DNA of 64,000 nucleotides. Origin: Prevotella sp. (lineage in GTDB: Bacteria > Bacteroidota > Bacteroidia > Bacteroidales > Dysgonomonadaceae). Numbering within the stretch: position 1 is the stretch's first letter; each line of letters opens with the position of its first letter. Where the stretch lies: the NCBI GenBank assembly GCA_031285625.1, contig JAITVV010000043.1, positions 1-64,000 of the forward strand, written 5' to 3'. The notes beneath the pieces were generated by a model that did no database searches, was not told where the DNA came from, and was given only the letters and a program-made list of their open reading frames with translations. The position numbers and the translations under genes were made by a program. Below are positions 21,874 to 31,495 of this stretch, in pieces.

Positions 21874-24800
21874 TTAGAAATTAAGATTTAAACCTATAAG
21901 GAATGTTCGAGGATTAGGATAGAAATTGTTATCGATACCTCCAGCTATTTCAGGATCTACACCATCATATTTAGTAATTGTAAATACATTTTGAACGGTA
22001 AAGTTTGCTTGAAGATTCATATTCTTAAGTATCCGTCCAAAGTCATAAGTCAATGATATATAATCCATTTTAAGGAATGATGCATTCTGAACATAATAAT
22101 CGGAACGCAAATTCTGATTAACGAAATTAGTATTATTGATATCATTCACTGTATTCGCCAAAAAGTTATTTGGGTTTAAGACTTGCGAATAATTACCTGC
22201 ATCGGAGTATATATTATTATACATATAGTTACCTAAACTTGAACGCAAAGAAGTATTCATAGTCCATTGTTTATACCTGAATGAAGTATTGAATCCCATA
22301 AATACATCTGGCTCTCCTTTTTTATAATGATAACGGTCTTCTTCGTTAATTACACCGTCTCCATTTAAGTCAGCATAAGCACCTTCTATTGGCTTTCCTG
22401 TCTCTTGATCATATAGTTGTTTATAAACATAAAATGCGTTTGGAGCATAACCTACCGAGTGAATTTGGATCGTACCACCTGTTCCTCCTGATATACCTCC
22501 GGTCACAACACCCTTATAAGAGGAATTAGCTCCATCATTAAGTGATAATTTTTCAATCTTAGTCTTATTATATGTTACATTGAATCCCAGATCCCAAGAA
22601 ATATCCTTTTTATCAATAGCTGTAATATTAATACTGGCTTCCAGCCCCCGGTTATTAAGATCACCAATATTCTTTACAATCTGGTTTGTATAATTTGTTC
22701 CACTAGGCAATGGAATTTCATTCAATAAATCTTTGGTTTTCTTATAGTAAAAATCAATTCCTCCAGAAAGTCTATTATTAAAGAAACCATAATCAAGACC
22801 AACATTATATGTCTGAGTCTGCTCCCATTTACGGTCTTTGTCATATCCATTAGGTCGCCACATATGATAGTATTTATCCCCAAACTGAACTTGTGCTGTA
22901 CCTTGACTATATCCATAAGTAGGTATATATCCATAGTTACCTATTTCCTGTTGTCCTGTAACCCCATAACCTAAACGTAATTTTAGAGCAGAAAGCTGTT
23001 CAAAACCTTTCATAAAACTTTCTTCACTCATTCTCCAGGCTAAAGCTACAGAAGGGAAAGTACCCCACCGGTTATCTTCACTAAAACGGGAAGATCCATC
23101 ACGGCGAACGGTCGCAGTTAGCAAATAACGTCCCATTAAGGTATAATTAAGACGTCCGAAATAAGAGATTAGTGTGTTTTGATCTGTTGCTGATGCGAAT
23201 GTAGGCTCTTCAGTTACTGTTCCTGAATATGTTTCTTTAGGATAGTTATAACTTGTCGTTTTCCAATCTTGATATGTATATCCAGCCATCACATCAATAC
23301 GGCTTTGTATTTCTTCTAAATCTTTGGCATAATTCAAATAAAACTCCATTAACAGATTTGTTTTATTTTGCTTAAATTTAGTACGCTCACCACCTTCACC
23401 TTCACCACCATTTGTAAATGATTGAGGTGCCCATTTTTCAACGACAACCCCACCTTTACCCTGAGCTACGTCGTAGCCTAAATTCAGATTAGCTCTCAAT
23501 TCAGGTAAAAAATGCAGCTTATAATCAAGTTGCATATTTCCTATACTACGATAAACATCAGATTTATCATTTCTGCTTTCTAACAATGCCACAGGATTCA
23601 TTGTAGCCAATGAGTTAGGATTTGTATTTCCTCCTGGAGGATACCATGTCCAATAACCATTAAACTGATCAAACCCATCGGCCTTTACCGGCTGAGTTGG
23701 ATCCATACGTAATGCAGCTCCAATAGCAGCTCCATTACCAAATCGTTGATTAGAATAAGTTCCCTTCACATTGAAATTTACACTAAGGTGATCCTGGAAG
23801 AATTTGGGAGATAAGCTAATAGCAGCTGTTGTACGTTGCATATTATCAGTCTTAAGAATACCATCCTGACTAAGGAAAGATACTGATACACGATAAGGTA
23901 AATTCTTCATTGAACCACTTATACTCAAATTATTGTCTGAAGTAAAAGCTGTACGAAAAATTTCGTCTTGCCAGTCAGTGTTTGCCGTACCTAACAAATC
24001 AATATGTCCTTGATTAGCTCTCGGATTATTCATTATTGCCTCACGAAACTGATCGCCAGACATAACATCAACTTTTTTGGCTACCGTGGAAATAGAATTT
24101 TGGGTAGAGAAGTTAATATTTAACTTCTGTCCTGCTTTCCCCTTCTTAGTTGTGATAATAATAACACCATTAGATGCACGTGAACCATAAATTGCTGTTG
24201 CAGAAGCATCTTTCAATACATTCATTGATTCTATATCATTAGGATTAATAAGTGATAAAGGATCTGTTGATCCTGACAAGCTACCATTATCCATAGGCAC
24301 CCCATCTACCACTAAAAGAGGATCATTACTAGCATTCAGTGATGCTCCGCCTCTAATTCTAATACGTGCTCCCGAACCTGCTCGTCCACCATTAGAAACA
24401 ATCTGTACACCAGCGACCTTACCTGTAATCAATTCACTTGGAGAAGTCACAACCCCTTTTTGAAAATCCTTATCAGTTATGGCTGTAATAGCACCTGTTA
24501 AATCATCTTTCTTTACACTACCATAACCAATAACTACAATTTCCTGAAGCATTTCAGTATCTTCCTGTAGGGTTACATTAATAGAAGTTTTTCCGGCAAC
24601 CGGAATTTCCTGAGATTTAAATCCCACATACGTAAATACCAATGTTCCATTTGCAGGAGCACTAATTTCATAATTTCCATCAACATCAGTTACAGTTCCA
24701 ACGGTCGTACCTTTTACAACAACGCTACCACTAATAATAGCTTCACCATTGTTATCTATTACATTACCTTTCACTGTTATATTTCCGCTTTGGGCAAAAA

Positions 24801-24879
24801 TATTGGATGTTGAAACCAGTATTCCCAACATAAAGAGTAGAAATACATTTAGACATCTGTTCTTAATCTTTCTTTTCAT
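21874..24879 (-). CDS. susC: SusC/RagA TonB-dependent transporter
   Basis: VVIGYG, LKDASATAIYGSRASNGVIIITTK, YPNPRTFLIGLNLNF; ATG at 24879 preferred over the track start. Confidence 0.95.
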   Translation of the reverse strand: MKRKIKNRCLNVFLLFMLGILVSTSNIFAQSGNITVKGNVIDNNGEAIISGSVVVKGTTVGTVTDVDGNYEISAPANGTLVFTYVGFKSQEIPVAGKTSINVTLQEDTEMLQEIVVIGYGSVKKDDLTGAITAITDKDFQKGVVTSPSELITGKVAGVQIVSNGGRAGSGARIRIRGGASLNASNDPLLVVDGVPMDNGSLSGSTDPLSLINPNDIESMNVLKDASATAIYGSRASNGVIIITTKKGKAGQKLNINFSTQNSISTVAKKVDVMSGDQFREAIMNNPRANQGHIDLLGTANTDWQDEIFRTAFTSDNNLSISGSMKNLPYRVSVSFLSQDGILKTDNMQRTTAAISLSPKFFQDHLSVNFNVKGTYSNQRFGNGAAIGAALRMDPTQPVKADGFDQFNGYWTWYPPGGNTNPNSLATMNPVALLESRNDKSDVYRSIGNMQLDYKLHFLPELRANLNLGYDVAQGKGGVVVEKWAPQSFTNGGEGEGGERTKFKQNKTNLLMEFYLNYAKDLEEIQSRIDVMAGYTYQDWKTTSYNYPKETYSGTVTEEPTFASATDQNTLISYFGRLNYTLMGRYLLTATVRRDGSSRFSEDNRWGTFPSVALAWRMSEESFMKGFEQLSALKLRLGYGVTGQQEIGNYGYIPTYGYSQGTAQVQFGDKYYHMWRPNGYDKDRKWEQTQTYNVGLDYGFFNNRLSGGIDFYYKKTKDLLNEIPLPSGTNYTNQIVKNIGDLNNRGLEASINITAIDKKDISWDLGFNVTYNKTKIEKLSLNDGANSSYKGVVTGGISGGTGGTIQIHSVGYAPNAFYVYKQLYDQETGKPIEGAYADLNGDGVINEEDRYHYKKGEPDVFMGFNTSFRYKQWTMNTSLRSSLGNYMYNNIYSDAGNYSQVLNPNNFLANTVNDINNTNFVNQNLRSDYYVQNASFLKMDYISLTYDFGRILKNMNLQANFTVQNVFTITKYDGVDPEIAGGIDNNFYPNPRTFLIGLNLNF

Positions 24880-24966
24880 GCGAAATAATATTAAGATTAA
24901 CATTAATATTGATTAATTTAATTATTGATTACTATATAATTCTCATATCGATATTCTGGATATTAC

Positions 24967-25020
24967 ACAAAAAGTCTTGCCCCAAATAGATTAATTACTA
25001 TTTGAGGTAAGTTTTTTTGT
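24967..25020 (-). terminator. terminator-like hairpin in the susC leader
   Basis: Minus strand CTTACCTCAAATAG-taattaat-CTATTTGGGGCAAG followed by ACTTTTTG; one mismatch and one G-U pair. Confidence 0.55.
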
Positions 25021-25033
25021 AATAATGTATATT

Positions 25034-25110
<77 letters not shown>

Positions 25111-25316
25111 GCAAAACACAGTTAACTCCCAAATTTTCAAGAGAAAAAATGGAAGAAACAAATGTTATATATTGTAAATTTTTCAACATAAATCTTAGTT
25201 CAGATTTAATTTCAGGGATATTCGTATTTTCATGACATCTATGGATTGCTATACAAAGATGATAAGTCCTATCTTGTTTTATGTTATAAGATTTTATAAA
25301 AATCAAGTTTTTGTTA

Positions 25317-25330
25317 TGCAAACGATTGCA
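25317..25330. promoter_or_regulatory. LacI-type operator upstream of susC
   Basis: TGCAAACGATTGCA, one mismatch to the susB site. Confidence 0.72.
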
Positions 25331-25612
25331 AATAAATTTTAAGATATCTTTTATTATCATCCCTTTTATAATCTTTTATACAAGCATTTAGGTTATTTAT
25401 TAAATGAATGTGCAAATTTTGGTTGTAATTCTTTAATTTTGTAACAAAATAAAGATCGTTGATAAATAAAACATTGCCCAAAAAGATATTTTTTAACGCC
25501 TAGAAAGCCTATAACTGCATTTCAATAATTACGTGACGCAGATATTATATTGTTATCAAAACAAAAAAAACAGGTTGTTTGTTTATTAAAATCATACCTC
25601 AATTAATCATAT

Positions 25613-26785
25613 ATGAACAATATTAAATGTACTTTAGCTACAACTTTACTATGTGTGCTCCTATTAGGCGCATGTAAAAAAGTGCAAACAGACTCCCCAA
25701 TTGTCGAAGTAGAACCGGCAACTACCGACAACATTGAGATTTATGGAGAATATGTAGGATTAATAAGAGCTTCCCGAAATGTAGAGATACATGCCCGTGT
25801 TGAAGGCTTCTTAGAAAAAATGACATTCAGCGAAGGTAAGGAAGTAAAAGCCGGAGAACCCCTCTTTTATATAAATAATAAGCCATATAAAGCCAGAGTT
25901 GAAAAAGCAAAAGCTCAACTAAAAAGGGATGAAGCAAAAGAACTAAAGGCTGAGAGTGACCTGAAACGAATAGAACCATTATACAACCAGAATGCTGCAA
26001 GTAGATTAGATCTTGACAATGCTGTAGCAGCATTGAATATGTCTAAAGCGGATGTAGCCATGAGTAAGGCTGATTTGGAGCAAGCCGAATTAGAACTTAG
26101 CTATACAGTGGTTCGCTCCCCTCTATCAGGTTATATCAGTGAACGCTATGTCGATATTGGTACTCTGGTAGGAAATTCAAAATCATTGCTGGCTGCAGTT
26201 GTTAAACGCGATACTGTATTAGTAGACTTTAAACTTACATCCTTAGACTATCTGCGCAGCCAACGCAGGAATGTACATCTTGGAGAATTAGATACTACCC
26301 GTTCGTGGCAACCATCTGTTATAGTCACCCTTGCCGATAACTCTGTATATAATGAAAAAGGAATCGTGGATTTTGCATCGCCTCAGGTAGATCCAAAAAC
26401 CGGAACATTCGGAGTCCGGGCAGAACTACCAAATCCGAACCAAGTATTGTTACCCGGTCAGTTTACGCGTGTAAAACTATTACTCGATGTAATGGAAAAT
26501 GTTGTAGTAGTTCCCCGCAAAGCCATTTCTATAGAAAAAGGAGGGGCATTCATTTTTGTAATTCGTCCTGACAGTATTACTGAAAAGCGCTATATAGAAA
26601 CAGGACCGGAACAAGACAATAAAATAGTTGTTACCCGTGGACTGAATGTGAACGAAAACATTGTAGTGGAAGGATATCAGAAATTAACTCATGGACAAAA
26701 AGTGATTCCAAGAACCAGGGAAGAGGAATTGAAAATAGAAGCCGAAACAAAAGCAAAAGAAATAAAGAAGGAGGATAAAAAATGA
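25613..26785 (+). CDS. RND efflux periplasmic adaptor
   Basis: Lipobox LGAC; EIHARVEGFL, VRSPLSGYI, DPKTGT..RAELPNP..LLPGQF. Confidence 0.95.
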   Translation: MNNIKCTLATTLLCVLLLGACKKVQTDSPIVEVEPATTDNIEIYGEYVGLIRASRNVEIHARVEGFLEKMTFSEGKEVKAGEPLFYINNKPYKARVEKAKAQLKRDEAKELKAESDLKRIEPLYNQNAASRLDLDNAVAALNMSKADVAMSKADLEQAELELSYTVVRSPLSGYISERYVDIGTLVGNSKSLLAAVVKRDTVLVDFKLTSLDYLRSQRRNVHLGELDTTRSWQPSVIVTLADNSVYNEKGIVDFASPQVDPKTGTFGVRAELPNPNQVLLPGQFTRVKLLLDVMENVVVVPRKAISIEKGGAFIFVIRPDSITEKRYIETGPEQDNKIVVTRGLNVNENIVVEGYQKLTHGQKVIPRTREEELKIEAETKAKEIKKEDKK

Positions 26786-29700
26786 AGCCCGGATTTTTTA
26801 TAGACAGGCCTGTATTATCCACTGTATTATCTTTATTGATAGTTATTATCGGTATAATCGGACTGATATTACTCCCAATCGAGCAATATCCCCAGATCAC
26901 CCCCCCGGTAGTAAAGATCAGTGCATCCTATTCGGGAGCAAATGCCACCACAGTATCTCAGGCTGTAGCTACGCCAATAGAACAGGAACTGAATGGTACT
27001 CCGGGTATGATTTATATGGAGTCCAGTAGTTCCAATTCCGGAGGGTTATCTATTACCGTTACATTTGATGTAAATACCAATGCTGATCTTGCTGCCGTAG
27101 AAATACAAAACAGGGTAAAACTTGCTGAAAACCGCCTTCCGGCTGAAGTTCTACAGAACGGTATCACTGTGGAAAAGCAGGCTCCGGGACAATTAATGAC
27201 CATAGCCTTAACTTCTGACGATCCCAAATATGATGAAATATATCTGAGTAATTATGCAACAATAAATATATTAGATGTGATCAGACGTATCCCCGGTGTT
27301 GGACGCGTATCGAATGCCGGTAGCCGCTATTATGGGATGCAAATATGGGTATATCCTGATAGACTCGCCAGTTTCGGGCTAACCATCAAAGACCTACAAG
27401 ATGCCCTAAAAGATCAGAACCGTGAGTCTGCCGCCGGAGAATTAGGAAAGCAACCGATAGTTAATGTGGATGTATCTATGCCAATAACAGCCCAAGGCCG
27501 GTTGTCTACAGTTAACGAATTTGAAGACATTGTTGTAAAAGCCAATAATGATGGGTCTTTTATCCGGATGAGAGACGTAGCACGCGTTTCATTGGAGGCA
27601 TCATCATACAGTACTGAGAGTGGATTGAATGGTAAATATGCCACAATGCTAAGTATCTATCTGCTCCCGGGAGCAAATGCTATGGAAGTAGCAGAAGAGG
27701 TAAAATCAGCAATGGTGCAAATCAAACAAGATTTTCCCGAAGGATTAGATTATCTTGTTCCATTCGATATGACTGAATACATTGGAGAATCAATACATGA
27801 AGTATATAAAACATTATTCGAAGCTCTAGCTTTAGTAATTATAGTTGTATTCCTTTCTTTACAGAACTGGCGTGCAGCAATGATACCAATCGTGGCAGTA
27901 CCGATTTCACTCATAGGAACTTTCGGGTTCATGTTAATGATGGGATTTTCACTCAATATGCTTACATTGCTAGGATTAGTACTAGCTATTGGTATTGTAG
28001 TAGATGATGCCATTGTTGTCGTCGAGAACGTTGAGCGTATTATGGAACAGAAAGGAGTGAATGCCAGAGAAGCAACACACAGAGCAATGAATGAACTTGC
28101 TGGGGCTCTGATTGCAACATCATTAGTGCTCGCCGCCGTATTTGTTCCGGTTAGTTTCCTGGATGGTATCACAGGAGCTCTATACAGACAATTTTCAGTG
28201 ACGATAGTAGTATCTGTACTAATATCAGCTGTAGTTGCTTTAACCCTAAGTCCTGCCATGTGCGCCCTTATTCTCCGGCCATCAAAGAAGAAAAAGCATT
28301 TTATATTCCGGAAAATAAATATATGGCTTGGAAAAGGGAATAAAAAGTATGCCAGCATCTTACTGAAAGTAATAAATAATCCTCGCCGCACTATGGCAGC
28401 ATTCGGCATGGTATTGGTATTTATATTTGTATTAAATAAAATTGTACCCACAAGCTTCATTCCGCAGGAAGATCAAGGCTATTTCACTGTAGAATTGGAA
28501 ATGCCGGAAGGTACAACGCTGGAACGTATGCGTACTGTTACAGACAGAGCCATTACGTATTTAGATACACATGATGCTGTTGAATATGTGCAAAATGTGA
28601 CAGGATCAAGTCCTCGTGTAGGGACTAATCAGGGACGAACAACACTTACTGTCATACTAAAATCGTGGAAAGAAAGAAGTGTGGGTGTGGACGAAGTGAT
28701 GCGTGAAGCACAGAAAGAGTTTTATAATTATCCGGAAATCAGGGCATTTGTCAGTCGACCACCCGCTATCCCCGGATTAGGTTCGGCTGGAGGAGTAGAG
28801 ATGAAGCTACAAGCACGATCTGATGCAAAATGGGAAGATCTAGTGGCTGCTACAGATACATTTATGTATTATGCCAATAAATCCAAATCTATGTCGAATG
28901 TATCATCATCCCTACAATCTGAAATACCCCAACTATATTTTGACGTAGATAGAGATCAAGCGATGCTATTGGGAGTACCGATGTCAGATATATTTTCTAC
29001 AATGAAAGCTTATCTGGGTTCTGTATATGTAAATGACTTCAATATGTTTAACCGTATATATAAAGTATACATACAAGCCGACCAGTCATACAGGGCAACA
29101 GCCAATGATATAAATCTGTTTTTTGTGAAGACTAAGAATGGAGAAATGGTACCATTAACAGCTTTGGGTAAAACCAGCTACACAACCGGTCCCGGTAATA
29201 TTACCCGCTTCAATATGTATACTTCTTCCTCGATGCAGGTTACTCCGGCTGCAGGGCATAGTTCCGGACAAGTAATGAATGATATAGTAAGTATTGCTAA
29301 TGAACACTTACCATCCAATATTGGGATAGCATGGAGCGGATTATCTTTCCAGGAACAAAAAGCCAGTGGACAAACAGGTGTTGTACTAGCACTGGTCTTT
29401 ATATTTGTATTCCTCTTTCTTGCAGCATTATATGAAAGCTGGACAGTACCCATTTCGGTTATCTTATCCTTACCAATAGCTGCATTAGGAGCATTCGTGG
29501 GAATATGGATACTAGGCTTGGATAACGATGTGTATTTTCAGATTGGGTTAGTAACCCTGATCGGGCTCGCAGCTAAAAATGCTATTCTGATTGTAGAATT
29601 CGCCAAGATACAGGTAGATGCAGGTATGCAACCTATTTTTGCAGCGATGCAGGCTGCAAAATTACGTTTCCGCCCTATTTTGATGACCTCACTGGCCTTC

Positions 29701-29931
29701 GTTCTCGGTATGCTACCAATGGTTATTGCATCTGGTCCGGGTTCAGCCAGCAGACACTCTATAGGTACAGGAGTATTTTTCGGTATGATTGTAGCCATTA
29801 CTTTAGGAATTATACTAGTACCATTCTTTTTTGTAATGGTGTACAAAGTGAAAAATAAGCTCAAAATACCGGAACTAAGTTTTCCTAAATTCCTGAAGAT
29901 TAAAAAACTTATAAAAAGAGATGAGAAGTAA
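26782..29931 (+). CDS. RND efflux permease (HAE1, AcrB-like)
   Basis: FFIDRPV, EQYPQITPP, AIGIVVDDAIVVVENVER, AKNAILIVEFA, RFRPILMTS. Confidence 0.96.
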   Translation: MKPGFFIDRPVLSTVLSLLIVIIGIIGLILLPIEQYPQITPPVVKISASYSGANATTVSQAVATPIEQELNGTPGMIYMESSSSNSGGLSITVTFDVNTNADLAAVEIQNRVKLAENRLPAEVLQNGITVEKQAPGQLMTIALTSDDPKYDEIYLSNYATINILDVIRRIPGVGRVSNAGSRYYGMQIWVYPDRLASFGLTIKDLQDALKDQNRESAAGELGKQPIVNVDVSMPITAQGRLSTVNEFEDIVVKANNDGSFIRMRDVARVSLEASSYSTESGLNGKYATMLSIYLLPGANAMEVAEEVKSAMVQIKQDFPEGLDYLVPFDMTEYIGESIHEVYKTLFEALALVIIVVFLSLQNWRAAMIPIVAVPISLIGTFGFMLMMGFSLNMLTLLGLVLAIGIVVDDAIVVVENVERIMEQKGVNAREATHRAMNELAGALIATSLVLAAVFVPVSFLDGITGALYRQFSVTIVVSVLISAVVALTLSPAMCALILRPSKKKKHFIFRKINIWLGKGNKKYASILLKVINNPRRTMAAFGMVLVFIFVLNKIVPTSFIPQEDQGYFTVELEMPEGTTLERMRTVTDRAITYLDTHDAVEYVQNVTGSSPRVGTNQGRTTLTVILKSWKERSVGVDEVMREAQKEFYNYPEIRAFVSRPPAIPGLGSAGGVEMKLQARSDAKWEDLVAATDTFMYYANKSKSMSNVSSSLQSEIPQLYFDVDRDQAMLLGVPMSDIFSTMKAYLGSVYVNDFNMFNRIYKVYIQADQSYRATANDINLFFVKTKNGEMVPLTALGKTSYTTGPGNITRFNMYTSSSMQVTPAAGHSSGQVMNDIVSIANEHLPSNIGIAWSGLSFQEQKASGQTGVVLALVFIFVFLFLAALYESWTVPISVILSLPIAALGAFVGIWILGLDNDVYFQIGLVTLIGLAAKNAILIVEFAKIQVDAGMQPIFAAMQAAKLRFRPILMTSLAFVLGMLPMVIASGPGSASRHSIGTGVFFGMIVAITLGIILVPFFFVMVYKVKNKLKIPELSFPKFLKIKKLIKRDEK

Positions 29932-31303
29932 ACTTATATATATAGCAACCATTTTACTGGTCTTATTTTCATCATGTAAAATAGGGCAAAAATATAAGCA
30001 ACCCGAAATGGATATTCCTCAGACATTTGAATCGAGAGGAATGGTAGAGGGAAATGCTTCTGATATAGGATGGAGTACGCTCTATCAGGATACTGTCTTG
30101 CAAGGCCTGATTACAAATGCTCTCGATCACAACAAGGATATGCTCGTTGCTGCCGCCCGTATAAAAGAAATGGCGGCAAACAAACGAATCTCCTTCGCAG
30201 GTTTATTTCCAGAGATCGGAGGAGAAGTAACCGGACAAAAAGAATATCTAAACTATGGCGGAGATAATAAAACTTATGATCCGGAGTTCAGGGCAAACCT
30301 GAATATAGGATGGGAACTCGATATTTGGGGGAAACTGCGATGGGCTAATGAAGCAGGTATTGCCGCATATATGCAAACAGTGGAAGCACAGAGAGCAATG
30401 CATCTTACTATTGTGGCACAAGTAGCTCAAGTCTACTTCGAGCTGAAAGCACTGGACAGGGAGCTCGAGATCGTAAAACAAACCCTGGAAGCCAGACGCG
30501 AAGGTGTAAGGTTTGCAAAGCTTCGCTATGAAGGTGGATTGACCTCTGAAATTCCTTATCGCCAAAGTCTTGTAGAATTGGCACGTACTGAAACAATGAT
30601 CCCAAACCTGGAAAATGAAATAAAGCTGAAAGAAAATGATTTGTTTGTACTGGTAGGGGAATTTCCGGTTGGAACAATACAAAGATCCGGAGGAGAAGAC
30701 ATAAGTCATCAACAGATACCGCAAAACCTCCCGGTAGACTTACCTTCGTCACTATTAAAACGCCGTCCTGATATGATACAGGCAGAGCAAAAGCTAATAG
30801 AAGCAAATGCAGAGGTAGGTATCGCACATACAGAGATGTTTCCTTCGCTCAGGCTGACTGGCAGGTTAGGTCTCGAAAACGATGAACTAACAGATTTTAT
30901 CAAAAGTCCTACGTGGTTTATTTCCGGCATATTAACCGGTCCGATATTCAATATGGGAAAGAATAAAGCCAAGCATAACGCAGCGAAGGCAGCCTATGAA
31001 CAAGAAGTTTATACATACGAAAAATCTGTATTGAATGCATTTAAAGAGGTGAATAACTCAATCAATACTTTCAATAAGATGAAAGAAGTATACCGTTCGC
31101 AGGAGGCTCTATATAACTCTGCAAAATCATACCACGAACTAGCTAAATTACAGTATGTAAACGGAATCGTAAGCTACATTGATGTATTAGATGCTCAGCG
31201 TCAGTTATTTGATGCAGAAATAGCCTTAAATACTGCAATACTGAACGAGTTGACATCTGTAGTATCTTTATACAAAGCTTTGGGCGGTGGTATCATAAAA
31301 TAA
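29921..31303 (+). CDS. OprM/TolC-family outer membrane efflux lipoprotein
   Basis: Lipobox FSSC; WELDIWG, LLKRRPD, LYKALGGG. Confidence 0.95.
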   Translation: MRSKLIYIATILLVLFSSCKIGQKYKQPEMDIPQTFESRGMVEGNASDIGWSTLYQDTVLQGLITNALDHNKDMLVAAARIKEMAANKRISFAGLFPEIGGEVTGQKEYLNYGGDNKTYDPEFRANLNIGWELDIWGKLRWANEAGIAAYMQTVEAQRAMHLTIVAQVAQVYFELKALDRELEIVKQTLEARREGVRFAKLRYEGGLTSEIPYRQSLVELARTETMIPNLENEIKLKENDLFVLVGEFPVGTIQRSGGEDISHQQIPQNLPVDLPSSLLKRRPDMIQAEQKLIEANAEVGIAHTEMFPSLRLTGRLGLENDELTDFIKSPTWFISGILTGPIFNMGKNKAKHNAAKAAYEQEVYTYEKSVLNAFKEVNNSINTFNKMKEVYRSQEALYNSAKSYHELAKLQYVNGIVSYIDVLDAQRQLFDAEIALNTAILNELTSVVSLYKALGGGIIK

Positions 31304-31323
31304 GATCTTCTAAGAATAAGAAA

Positions 31324-31474
31324 GAGGGTGTGTCAAAAGTAAAACAGCGCTATCAAAGTGTTAGCCTCTTTGTCATCCTGAGTGTAACGAAGGATCTCGA
31401 CTCTCCATACACGAGATGTTTCACTCCGTTCAACATGACAAAAAGAAAGTGAAAATTACTTTTGACACAGCCTC
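31324..31474. mobile_element. 151-bp MITE-like element: IS1182-like terminal IRs enclosing a family 1 REP-like palindrome
   Basis: GAGGGTGTGTCAAAAGT...ACTTTTGACACAGCCTC around TGTCATCCTGAGTGTAACGAAGGATCT...AGATGTTTCACTCCGTTCAACATGACA; lies between convergent genes. Confidence 0.7.
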
Positions 31475-31495
31475 TTTTTCCTATCACAAAATAAT

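Noticed and set aside
25277-25300. TTTTATGTTATAAGATTTT as a Cur/BT4338 (CRP-like) site
   Set aside because: Only one half resembles the motif as I recall it, and the region is very AT-rich
27750-28460. 236-aa antisense ORF in the RND permease and the many similar shadow ORFs in the track
   Set aside because: They lie opposite or out of frame within well-supported genes and have no motifs
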